Source: Ginkgo biloba
Taxonomy: Eukaryota > Plantae > Ginkgophyta
Direction of reading: 5' to 3'
DNA: 28,481 nt
Assembly (NCBI GenBank): GCA_024626585.2
Contig: JANKJI020000004.1
Coordinates: forward strand, 8,517,945 to 8,546,425
The notes under the pieces were generated by a model, which had not been told where the DNA came from, did not search any database, and was given only the letters and a program-made list of their open reading frames with translations. Of the stretch, positions 9,123-21,002 are shown piece by piece. The position numbers were made by a program, and so were the translations under genes. Each line of letters begins with the position of its first letter. The first letter of the stretch is position 1.

Positions 9123-10224
9123 GAATGAAAGGTCTGGACTTATAGCCACCTGTCATGCACTTGAAAAATTGGCAAGCATAGGCAGCGAATCGATGTACAT
9201 GTGAAAATTTTGTACCATAGATATTCCTTAATTTGATTAAATGTTTGTCATCAATACCTTCAACAGGTGATGATAACATCTTTCTTTTTGCCATTTGATT
9301 TAAAACCCGAGTTGATAATAAATGATGGACTAAGANNNNNNNNNNNNNNNNNNNNNNNNNAAGAGGTTGATACAGAAACTGGTATGTTGCCCCTTGGGCA
9401 TGGGGGAATGTTCCTCACATTTAGTATGTTGCTTAAGTTTTTTAATTTACAAGTGCCTGTGGAAAGGAGGTGGGCATAGATAGATGTTTTGATGCCCTTT
9501 AAGCAGAGAAAATGTTTTCCCATTCTTCAGATTTATATTAGTATGCTCAATATCAAATTTAACGGGGATGCCGTTTCATACTTACTATATATGTTCTTGG
9601 CTGTCATATTGTTTCTTATATTGTTTATCTTTTGCTCATCTTCAAATTATTTACCTTCTTAACTTTTTAATTTNNNNNNNNNNCTTCAAGCATTATTGAT
9701 CACATTTCTCAATTGCTCAAGCCATTGGGCTAAGATTTAGCAAACTTTACTTATATAAATTCTCAATACAGCAAGGGACACAGTGGCCACATCTACAATA
9801 CTCTTATCTCTTATCTGATTTTGGATGAATAGGAAATAAAGAGTCCAAATGTATGGAATTTCAAACCAACTTCTTATATTTGTTTTATATTCATCTTAAA
9901 AGATCTTTTTGCCAACGCTTTTATACTCTTGATGCAAGAAGTATTTCTGTACTTGTTTCCATCACATCGAGGAAGTTCCTCCTTATTTTTGGGCTCCATT
10001 GGGGAATGGGGTGTTTTTCAGCTTTGTGTTCATGCAATTATATTCGGCTCCTCTTTGTATCTGTTGCTTTCCTCATTTCTCTGTCACCTTCTTTTCCAGC
10101 AACCTCCTAATTGCAGGCATCTCCTCATTGCAGGCTTCTCTGTTGTTTTCACTTTCTCATTTGATGTATATGGCTGGATGTATCAGTGTACTATGTTTTT
10201 TAAAATTGTATTGCATCAATATAC

Positions 10225-10400
10225 TTGTCTATGATATATTACTCAATGTTCTTATCCATGAATATGCTTTTTGAATGTAACCTATGTCAGAGTCAAAATA
10301 CAATACTATTTGAATTTGCATGGAGTCACTATAATTGTCTATGTTATATTGCTCAATATTCTTATGGATAATCAATATACTTTTTGAATATATCTTACAT
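10225..10400. repeat. Diverged direct repeat, period about 110 bp
   Basis: ttgtctatgatatattactcaatgttcttat...tttttgaatg (10225) vs ttgtctatgttatattgctcaatattcttat...tttttgaata (10335). Confidence 0.75.
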
Positions 10401-12746
10401 AGATAGAGCTAACAGAATCCTTATGTTTGTTTCACACTGCATTTTTTTCCCCTTCCGTACCAGCAAAATGTTGTCTACGTTTTTGTCATGGTGTACTTTC
10501 TGCCACATTCAAGGCTGATGTACTTGGTAAAAAATGTACAATTAGAATAGGATAAAGTGTGCATGACAATTTAAGTGTGTGGTTTAGACATTTATACTCC
10601 AATGATATAGCAGATGATGTATTTACTGTAATGTTTAATAGAGACAGATGCCTGCTGAAGGAAACCTTACTTCACAGGATAGATGATAAATGAGCAACAA
10701 AGTGTTCATTCTTGGAGCCTTGTAAGCCTCTTTGATTGTCTGACATCTTACCTCCATCCAACAATTGAGTACAACCTTGGGGATTCTCAACCACTAGAAG
10801 CAACAATTGTATGGTGAAATTTGAATGAGAGATGCTTTCTTTTTCGATTTGTCGCATGGAGATAATTATGTTTGTAATTATTTATAAGAGGCACATATCC
10901 ATAAATACATTATTATGATGTGCAATAAGTTTTACATGACACTTTTAGTGAAANNNNNNNNNNNNNNNNNNNNNNNNNNNNNNNNNNNNNNNNNNNNNNN
11001 NNNNNNNNNNNNNNNNNNNNNNNNNNNNNNNNNNNNNNNNNNNNNNNNNNNNNNNNNNNNNNNNNNNNNNNNNNNNNNNNNNNNNNNNNNNNNNNNNNNN
11101 NNNNNNNNNNNNNNNNNNNNNNNNNNNNNNNNNNNNNNNNNNNNNNNNNNNNNNNNNNNNNNNNNNNNNNNNNNNNNNNNNNNNNNNNNNNNNNNNNNNN
11201 NNNNNNNNNNNNNNNNNNNNNNNNNNNNNNNNNNNNNNNNNNNNNNNNNNNNNNNNNNNNNNNNNNNNNNNNNNNNNNNNNNNNNNNNNNNNNNNNNNNN
11301 NNNNNNNNNNNNNNNNNNNNNNNNNNNNNNNNNNNNNNNNNNNNNNNNNNNNNNNNNNNNNNNNNNNNNNNNNNNNNNNNNNNNNNNNNNNNNNNNNNNN
11401 NNNNNNNNNNNNNNNNNNNNNNNNNNNNNNNNNNNNNNNNNNNNNNNNNNNNNNNNNNNNNNNNNNNNNNNNNNNNNNNNNNNNNNNNNNNNNNNNNNNN
11501 NNNNNNNNNNNNNNNNNNNNNNNNNNNNNNNNNNNNNNNNNNNNNNNNNNNNNNNNNNNNNNNNNNNNNNNNNNNNNNNNNNNNNNNNNNNNNNNNNNNN
11601 NNNNNNNNNNNNNNNNNNNNNNNNNNNNNNNNNNNNNNNNNNNNNNNNNNNNNNNNNNNNNNNNNNNNNNNNNNNNNNNNNNNNNNNNNNNNNNNNNNNN
11701 NNNNNNNNNNNNNNNNNNNNNNNNNNNNNNNNNNNNNNNNNNNNNNNNNNNNNNNNNNNNNNNNNNNNNNNNNNNNNNNNNNNNNNNNNNNNNNNNNNNN
11801 NNNNNNNNNNNNNNNNNNNNNNNNNNNNNNNNNNNNNNNNNNNNNNNNNNNNNNNNNNTGCTATGGACCTGAAGCTATGTATTCTTGGATCATATCTCTT
11901 ATCTTACAGATGACAAATGGCCTTTTAGAGGTCCAAAAACTAGGGTTAGAAGCAGTAGAAAAGACCTACTGCTAACCCAATCTTGACATGGTCCAATCTG
12001 TGAGAGATGTTGAACATGGAAAAAGCCAGAGGTTGGCCCTGTTTGACATTAGAAGGGGCTGTCCCTATTTGGAAATGTGGCACATTGGGAAAGGTCAGAC
12101 TTGTTTTGACATGTGACACTTTGGTGAGAATGGGTCAGTATAGAAGAGAGAGACATCCTTTTTGAGGGCTTATGTTTGTCTATGTAAAGGCCAAATTGGC
12201 CATTATTGTACAGTCAACTTTATGGTATTGTTTCTCTTCTCATTATGGCATCTCCACTACTTCTATTATTTTCAATGACTGCTGCCATTTGTATGAGATC
12301 AGGCATAGGATCTGTTTACTGCTCAGTGACTCACAGTAAAGGAGCCATCAGTTAACCAGTGACAATCCAGAAAGACGAGATCACAGTGTTGCTTCTCTCA
12401 CCAACAGTTCTGCATCTGTTTGTCTGCAGACTTAGTCGTTGGCCAACAAATGGTCAGAATACATGCACAGCAAACAGATATAGATGCATGGAAGGAACAA
12501 ACATTTATATTGACAGTGTAATACATGACAGTTCAGAATACATTGCTGTATACATCATAGACTACTATCAGATCTGCTGTTACATGATGTTTCATGCCAG
12601 AGGCATTTACAATAAATAGTTTCTCTAATGACTCTTCGTATTCTAATCACAAGAGTCGCTTCCATTCTTTCTTAACTATGGCTAATTAGAGGTTACAATT
12701 GCTTTTTAGGAGGGCGCTAATAGCTGCTTGTCTTCATCTTGCTTTG

Positions 12747-12868
12747 TTCATTTGTATAAACAGCCGAACAAACACTGCCTTCATTTACAAATGGACGAAT
12801 GGACACTGTCTTCGTTTGCAAATGGACGAACGAGCGCTGCCCTTGTTTGCAAATAGATGAATGAATAC
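12747..12868. repeat. About 4 diverged copies of a 31-bp tandem unit
   Basis: ttcatttacaaatggacgaatggacactgtc (12780), ttcgtttgcaaatggacgaacgagcgctgcc (12811), cttgtttgcaaatagatgaatgaatac (12842), and a more diverged copy at 12747. Confidence 0.85.
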
Positions 12869-12959
12869 TTTTTGAGCTGTGAATGACCAAAGCCTCTTAC
12901 TGCGAATAGATACTACTATGTTGAACAGGCAAACAAACTGTGTCTTTTGCTGCCAACGA

Positions 12960-13400
12960 TTAATATTTGCTGTTGCAAGTGGCTATTATTGTTGTGAACA
13001 GAAGCTTGCTGAAATCTCCAGCTAACATCTTTGTCGGACAGATGTCCTTGTTCAACAAAATTTTCAAAATTGTCCTCACTAACCCCTTGAAAACTTTCAC
13101 CTTTTCTTCGAAACAAATTTCTTGAGTTTTGGAATGACAATTTGATTTTTTGTGAGAAGTTCTTCCAGGATATCTTTTTTGTTGTTTTGTATATTGCAAT
13201 TCTGCTCCTAGGTCTTGTACCTTCTTTCGTTCGTCGTCCAACAATTTTACCATGTCTAAGATCTTGTTGGTAGCCTTGACGGTATGCAATTTGAGATCAA
13301 ATATTTCTTTTTGCTCATGATCACATTTTAGGATCCAAGCTCCCAATTTGGAAATGATCCCTTCTAAGCCCTATCGAATGTCCTTTTTGAAACTAGTCAT
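12960..13400 (-). mobile_element. Coiled-coil-like ORF remnant, probably an LTR-retrotransposon accessory ORF
   Basis: KEIFDLKLHTVKATNKILDMVKLLDDERKKVQDLGAELQYTKQQK has heptad-like character and lies next to a tandem array. No convincing splice signals noticed. Assignment is by context only. Confidence 0.35.
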
Positions 13401-13611
13401 GAACCGTTGATAGGTATCATCATCTATTGGAACATCCATCAGCAAAACATCACAANNNNNNNNNNNNNNNNNNNNNNNNNNNNNNNNNNNNNNNNNNNNN
13501 NNNNNNNNNNNNNNNNNNNNNNNNNNNNNNNNNNNNNNNNNNNNNNNNNNNNNNNTCGCACAATTGGCAATTGTATAATTGTTTTAGGGTTCATTTGATT
13601 GTTGAGTGCAG

Positions 13612-14040
13612 ATTATATGTTGCGTCAATTACCTCCTAAATGAATACCGACAATATGCTATTTATTTCAACATGGAGGCTCATACTACAATAGTATTGAC
13701 AGTAACTATTTTCTTGGAAGGTTTAAGTAAAGAATTTGACTTTTTCCAAATAGAGTTAGAAAAAATGGAAAACTGACTTGCTACAGAGTTCAAAATCTTG
13801 GTACATATTGATATGGGCTAGAAAAGGGAATATGATGCAATTGACTCTATGTTGTGTAATTTTAAACAAATGGCAAACAGCCTTGATGAAACAGAAGGAT
13901 GGATACTTGTCTTAGACCAAGAAGTCATTTCTACTTGGCACAATGTATTTCACATGTAATTCAACTAAAAATTATATGTATGCTTAAGCAATTAGAGGAT
14001 CAATCTAGAGGAGAAATTCATTTTGATGATTTCAGAGTGA
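13612..14040 (+). pseudogene. Decayed helical/coiled-coil coding exon of unknown identity
   Basis: After a TGCAG| acceptor-like site (13607-13611), the frame reads IICCVNYLLNEYRQYAIYFNMEAHTTIVLTVTIFLEGLSKEFDFFQIELEKMEN*LATEFKILVHIDMG*KREYDAIDSMLCNFKQMANSLDETEGWILVLDQEVISTW. There are two stops (13774, 13819) in the first 115 codons. Confidence 0.45.
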
Positions 14041-14845
14041 GATACTAGAAGAAGCCATTGAAGGGATTGCTTTTACAAAGATTGAGGCTCTGAGAGTGAA
14101 GTCTGAGTTGCCATTTTGCATCTCTTATATGCCTTGAAAACATAGAACATGCTAAAAGTGCATCTTCTATATGCATCAAGGCATATGAGAGAACATGTGC
14201 AAACTTGGAAGAAAGTCAAGCATGGGAATTTTGCACATGAAGCCAATCTTAGTATTTTTCTTTTGTTTTGTAGCAAGAGAAAACATACATTCTGATGTTT
14301 CTGCTACTTTCCCCAAGAAGATTTGTTATGGGTGGTTGTCTGTCACAAAGCCAATGGTAAATTTGAAATAATTCATTTTGCCAACTCTTAGGCCACCCAC
14401 CAAAGGATGGGTATCTTTGCTGAACATGTATTTCTCTTAGATATTGTTGGTTCAACTGCAAAATGGCATGTTAATCACTTAAGAAATCTTTTGAAAGAAG
14501 GCAAGAATTGGTGAGAACACACCTTGAAGTTGTTCACTAGAGAGCAAAGTTAGCAATTTGTCTTGTTGGACCTGGAATTTTATATGGATTTGATGTTTGG
14601 TGATAGAGCCTATCTGTAATAGACTAGGGATTGAGAGACGTCAAACAGTTTTATTCTCTTCTAGATTGCATGTAAAAGTACCATACAAATGTTTTACAAT
14701 AGGCATTGCCATTACTTGCCGATTCTATAGTTGCCTATTTTGATTTGTTGTGTTAGACAATTGTACATAATTGGATACACGTAATGCAAAACGTGATTAA
14801 CACTCCATGTTACCACTTATGTTAATCTTATGTTATGTTCACGAT

Positions 14846-15125
14846 TGTTATGCCCCCCAAAATAATGTATAATGTTTGATTGTATTAATTATGTAAGAGA
14901 CAAGTGGTAGGCTCATGTTTGTTAGAGTTACCACAATTAGGTGCAAAGTGGAGGTAGGGTAGGGTTTAGGCTAAAGAGGCCCATTTTGAGTATTTAAGGG
15001 TACTCAAGCCTCATCATAATATATACTCGTGTGATTTGTAATCATTGTGGAGCAATTTGCTTATTTGTTGTGATCTTTGGACTCAAGTGAGTCCCTTGTG
15101 ACACTGTTAACGTTTCTTTACTGTT
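14846..15125 (+). mobile_element. 5' part of an LTR
   Basis: Starts TGTTATGCCCCCC (gypsy-type terminus) and has a TATA-like tatttaaggg at 14991. Truncated by a gap. Confidence 0.5.
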
Positions 15126-15349
15126 NNNNNNNNNNNNNNNNNNNNNNNNNNNNNNNNNNNNNNNNNNNNNNNNNNNNNNNNNNNNNNNNNNNNNNNNNNN
15201 NNNNNNNNNNNNNNNNNNNNNNNNNAATTGTAGGTATAAATAGTAAAATATCCATCAAGTTTTTGCATATTCATATTTTTTAGATTTGCTAATCAATTTT
15301 CATGTAAAGACCTTCAAATTTGGCCATTTGGTGACTTGACAATAACTTG

Positions 15350-16200
15350 TAGAAGATGGGTTTCGAAACAAATGTAATGATGCTAGAACACAAAAAGAAT
15401 CAAAGGGAGTGTGCTTTATTAAAAGTAGAAGAAGAATTAAAGGCATAGTTAAAGGCAATGCGGGAAGAAATCGAAGCTAGTTTGAGAAAACATTCTAAGG
15501 AGATTTGAATAGGAATAGTGGTAGGATTAATATGCAACAAGGAGAAAGGCATAAGAACAAGAGGATGATAATAAAGCAAATGTTGAAGAAGATATAAAAG
15601 AAGAAGGAAAACCAAGAAGATAATGAGGTCGAAGAGGGTGTTGTAAGCGATGAGCATAAAGAAAAGGAAGAAGTACAAGGAGACGAGGAAGAAATTAAAG
15701 ATGATCAACTTGATTAGAAATGGATATGATGAAAGATGAGACTGTTGATGTAGAATTTGGAGGCTTGTGCCTGATGGAATGGATTTGTCTTGAAGTTTCT
15801 ACAACATTGAGGCCTTCAATATCAAAGAACCAATGATGCATGCCACATCACATCGGAAGGAGGTCAAAGGCAAAAACTATTATAGGATGCAATGTCAACA
15901 CTCAAAACAATCATAAAGAACAAAGGACAAGCATGCTCAAGATCTTCATAGAAATACCTCATCCACTATGATAAAAGGACTAAGAGCCAAGCAAGTAGAA
16001 TTGTATAGGCATCCTCAGTATGAAGAATTCAAATGGCGAGAATATATATGTGCATCATCAGAGCATTGGTTCATCACCAAGAAACCAAACCTATGAAGAG
16101 CTTGATATGGAAGAAACCAATTAAAGAAAAAGAATAACAATACAAGAGGATGGAAATGTATGCGAATTGATGCTTTCAGGGCAAAGCATCTGTGGATATT
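15350..16200 (+). mobile_element. Degenerate Ty3/gypsy gag-like remnant
   Basis: An E/K-rich purine-rich segment is followed by EFGGLCLMEWI (15753; cf. gag FDGxDPxxWI) and a frameshifted FYNI...HATSH. It ends in tgctttcagggcaaagcatct (16171), similar to 612-632. Confidence 0.45.
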
Positions 16201-19200
16201 ATAGATTAGCTATGATATCAAATTGAAGGAGATGGAGCATNNNNNNNNNNNNNNNNNNNNNNNNNNNNNNNNNNNNNNNNNNNNNNNNNNNNNNNNNNNN
16301 NNNNNNNNNNNNNNNNNNNNNNNNNNNNNNNNNNNNNNNNATTTTTGTGTTTTATATAGATTTGTGTGAATTTTGAGTAGCATAACCCATTTGGGTTGCT
16401 ATATCGACCTTTGATCAAATTTGAAAAGTGATGAAGTCCCTTTTCTTGTAATGCTAATGAATTCTTGTAATATGATCCTATATTAGGATTTAATAAATGT
16501 TTTCCTACTTATGGAAGAATGAGAGTCCTCCATTATTGAATGGATAGAGCATGGTAGAGGAAATTTTGGACATAGTAGAAGTTTTGCCTACTTTCCTCAC
16601 TCAAGCCATTGTATCAAATCATGCTTCAAAGTTAAAGAAATTGAATATAGTTCGTGATCCCCGTGTTATGCTTGGAACATTATATGTATACAAATTTGAT
16701 TTAATTTTGCAAAAGAGGATTTGTGTGGAAGAGGGCTTCAATTCTAAGTGAGGAATTTGCCCTAGAGTTTCAATAAAATTCATTAAGCATGGGATGTAGT
16801 GAACCTAGTTTCTACTTTCTTAGATTTAANNNNNNNNNNNNNNNNACTTGTAATGTCATCTTGTGAGGAAGGGCTCTTGTTTCTGCAATCTTATCATTGG
16901 TACTCCCCATTGGAATTATTGCATCAAACCTCAAACTAGCTTTAGTCTTAAAGGAAAGGCATCGTGCAACTACAAGGGTGAAGAAGAGCAAAGTTTTGAG
17001 AAAGGAGACAATAACTTCTTAAAAGGGCAAAGATTTGGGGAAAGACAACTATAAGCTTCTACCTTAATACGTTTGTTGATTTTTTGCTGCAATTACCTCT
17101 ACATCAAGAGAAACTCACGCCAAATTAGTCATGTGAAGCCATGCTCGAGTTTGTCCTTTTATTTTGTCCATATTTCCTTGAGTGTTTTCATTTTACTTTG
17201 TCCAAGCATTTACTTCTAGTTTTAAGTGTTTATTTATGGCTTGCATGTTACTCACTGATCTTGAAAAGTGATGTTTGAAAACATTGCATCGATTTGGATG
17301 AAATCATAGACCAACATTGATTTTTCAGAATTATTGTGGCAGTTGGATACAAAAACTTATAGAATTGTCTACTAGGTACCTAGGAGCCCCAAGAATAGTA
17401 TGTTGAGAGTTTTAGTTTGAATTTTTGCCTTGAATTGTGAAATTTGATTTTGAAATGCATGTGGGCCTATTAATGAAATGTTCCTATATCTGACATAAAA
17501 TCACATCTAGAGGGCACATCACATACACGATGTGATTTTTATACAATGACTACATCTCAAGACCATATTTGAGATTGTCTCATACTTACATAGAGTTGGA
17601 GGCAAAAATTAATGGTATATGAAGTTATTTTTACTTCAAACGCTTGTGATATCAATTTGTAAATGACTCCCCATGGTTCTTCCTTGGCATTCTTAAGCTC
17701 AATTAGTGACATGGTAGGGTTTTCACCAATTAATTCTATTGAGTGTAAACTAATGTCACAAGGATCTCTTGTTGTAGAGTTTTGCTTTTCATTTGTCTTA
17801 CATTGAGCATTCCTCTAAGTCAGTGATGACATTGTATACACACTGAGGTTGCCCTTGCAATGGTTTAGGGTTTGTTTTCATCAATTTTGAGTAAAGGTTG
17901 TATGTTCTAACATTAGGGGCTAGCACATTAGTAGGTTATGCTCGCTTAAGGTTGAGACAAATAAGCATTTCATCTTCCGTAATCTAATTTACTAAGGAAT
18001 TAGAGGTAGATATGATTTCTTATTTAGGATTGAGAGAGTTTCTATCCATCTTTGTTTCATAAGATGATTATAAATATATGTTCTTCTTTCCCTTTTTCCT
18101 TCATGGAAAGTATTGCGTANNNNNNNNNNNNNNNNNNNNNNNNNNNNNNNNNNNNNNNNNNNNNNNNNNNNNNNNNNNNNNNNNNNNNNNNNNNNNNNNN
18201 NNNNNNNNNNNNNNNNNNNATATAAATAGAGGTTAGTTTTGTATTGTAATATCCTAAAAAGCATCAATAGTCATTTGGTTGTTAATATCTCTCTTCTTTA
18301 TGATGTGATTGCTATTTCAGAGTGGAGGCTTATGCCAAATCTCTGAGAGTTATGTTGTGCACTATGATTTTAACATTAACCAACTTTCAAAATGCAGAAG
18401 TTCTCCTCAAGTCCCCATTGCACCCAACATGTCGTCAAACATTGTTCAACAACTCGGGTTGCCAACCCACCCTTCCCTCGACTTAGACATAAAGAAGTAG
18501 CTTTAGGAGAGCAAGCAGTAGTGGGATAAGGTGCATGCAACTTTCCAAATGCTTGTAGTGAGGCGTCATTGCCAACTTCTTTCTAGCAGCGTGGGATGCT
18601 TTGGCCTTAAGTGTTAGGAGATCACTACTTAAACATGGGGGAGGTAGTCTCTCAAAGGTTTCATGTGGTCAATTCCATTCTAGCCCCACTATGCTTGGCA
18701 TTGAGTGTTATTCAAGTGTTGGGTAATTTTACGCTCATAGATGATGGGCATAGATGCATTGGGGATACAATGGATATGAGTGTTAGGAGAGCCACTAGAG
18801 AGAAAGGTAGCCTCTAAAGGTTTATGATGAAACCTCACTCTATGGTTTTGTCGCTAATATTCTTCAATAGGTGTTGGGTAACATTCTACCTGGAATTGTG
18901 AGCAAGGGGTATGTGGCCAGTTTTGTTAGCACATTTTTGCACTTGGATGTTTGTGCATGACATGCATTCCATTATATTTAGGTTACTATCTTTATTTTAC
19001 AAGCTTTGGGGCACCATTCTATACTTGACATTATGTGTGTCTAGATTGGCTTAGGTTGGAGTTGCTTTAGGCTTTTTGCCTTAGTCTACCACCATATGCG
19101 TTTGTTTCTCTCTTTTTGTTGCTTATTGTATCAACTAGGTTGTTGTAATTCATAAAGTAGAATGGATAGAGAACACCATAATAGTTGTACCCTCAACATA

Positions 19201-19587
19201 CATAGCTAGATCACATCATGTTATGTTGCCCTCACCAACATGACATCACTTCCTAAGAATATTAGGGTTAGTCTTTAAATACGAAAACAATTTTTTTTTG
19301 TTAATAATGTTTTGGTACAAAGATACATAGTTGTAGATGCAACAGATAGAAGGTGAAGATNNNNNNNNNNNNNNNNNNNNNNNNNNNNNNNNNNNNNNNN
19401 NNNNNNNNNNNNNNNNNNNNNNNNNNNNNNNNNNNNNNNNNNNNNNNNNNNNNNNNNNNNTGTACAAAGGTTAAAGTTACCCCACATAACACCTTGCCTT
19501 GTTTCTAAATAACATAGTCCAAAAAAATGTGACAAATGAGGAAGATATTAAACGAAAGTTCTTCTCTACACTACAAGAGCAAGCATT

Positions 19588-19690
19588 GCAATGGTTTCAA
19601 TGTGTGAAGAATCACTCATTAGCATTAATACACGAGTTTTTTTTGGACCATTTCCTAATCCTTCAATACTAGACAACCATCTATAAAGAA
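19588..19690 (+). mobile_element. Possible LINE ORF1 (DUF4283-like) remnant
   Basis: AMVSMCEESLISINTRVFFGPFPNPSILDNHL* weakly resembles the L(I/V)GxFxGxxPxxxxLxxW start of plant L1 ORF1. Confidence 0.25.
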
Positions 19691-19903
19691 TTAAAATAAA
19701 TATGACAATGATATGGAAAAACAATCTACAACTACGACAGGAGACTCCAAGTGCTAGCATTAAAGCTCAAGGGTCCACAAATCATCTTGCCAATTGCAAT
19801 GATGAATTACTTCATTGATGGGCTACTCCCCCGATATCAAGACAAAAATAAACATTATCCCATAGAAAGCTATGAAAAAGTATAAAACCTAGCAATAGCA
19901 TTC

Positions 19904-20051
19904 TGTAAACAAATATACATGGAGGCCCCACTGCAACATGCTCACCAATGGCAACCAGAAGACTTTGCAACGAACTATATAAACAAATGTACATAGAGCC
20001 CCACCGCAACATTCTCACCAATGGCAACCAAAAGACTTCGCAGCGAACTAT
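19904..20051. repeat. Two tandem copies of a 73-74-bp unit
   Basis: taaacaaatatacatggaggccccactgcaacatgctcaccaatggcaaccagaagactttgcaacgaacta vs taaacaaatgtacatagagccccaccgcaacattctcaccaatggcaaccaaaagacttcgcagcgaacta. Confidence 0.9.
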
Positions 20052-20240
20052 GCACCATGTTGCAATATGACAAAGCTCTACCCAAACCAAAAGAGAATGG
20101 CGACATAGAAAAGTTGTGAGCTAAGAAAAAAAAAAATTTAATTGGATAAGCATGAAACTAAACAAGAAAATATCACAAATGAAAAAACGACAAGCAACCA
20201 AAATTCCACGAATAACGAAGTTAATAGTGCAAAGATTTAG

Positions 20241-21000
20241 TGTTTAATATGCGAGAATGATACACATGACACATAGGATTGTTGTTCCACTCAACAAAAT
20301 AGACAAAGTAATCCTTACAAAGGAAATAGAGGGGGAAATAACAATAATAAGAAAAATAATAATAACAATAATCAAAATTGCCCACCCCCAGTTCAATGCA
20401 TGAGATGTTTACAACGGGGGCACATCTCTCAAGGCTTCCCTTACATGCAGAATACTGGCAGAATGTTATGCAAGACTTGCGGTCCCAAACACCAGGATTC
20501 AAAAAATTGTCCCAAGAGATGACAAGGTATAAAACTATAAGTCAAACTCCAGATACTAGCAAATCACTTGATGTCAATGTATATGGGAAAGAGGACAGCA
20601 TCAACAAAATAGCCTAACACAAATATCCCAAATCTGAAGAAAGAGAAGGATCATTTTTTTGGAATCCATAGCAGCACTAGAAGTTGTTGATAGTGAAGCG
20701 AAGGCAAAGAGAGAAGATGCCTGTAAATTTAAAGAAGAGGTAGAATAATTGCATAGGGAAAAGGCATTAGAAGAAATTTAGTGAATTAAAGATAAACAAA
20801 AAGTCACTAAACTGTATGTACAAAAAAACAAAAAAACCAAGTAGGCCTCCACCCCACAACAAGAGGAAGTAGAATTGGAGGTAACTTCCAATGACAACCC
20901 AACTACAATTATTCCATCCACCTAGACCAACAATCAGAAGTTGGATTTGTTAAAATGATTAACCGATGAGTTACAGTTGAGCATCCCTTTGTCCAAAATC
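20241..21000 (+). mobile_element. Ty3/gypsy gag C-terminal remnant with three CCHC-type zinc knuckles
   Basis: One frame reads CLICENDTHDT*DC (20241), an Asn-rich linker, CMRCLQRGHISQGF (20397) and CKTCGPKHQDSKNC (20469). Downstream LDLLK*LTDELQLSIPLSKI (20941-21000) resembles the pre-protease region of Tat/Ogre-like gag-pol. Confidence 0.7.
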
Positions 21001-21002
21001 TT

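Noticed and set aside
10915-11913. 332-aa ORF and other X-containing ORFs
   Set aside because: They consist almost entirely of N-gap translation.
12747-12868. 31-bp repeats as a CRISPR array
   Set aside because: The units are head-to-tail with no unique spacers, are diverged, have no cas genes nearby, and the context is eukaryotic.
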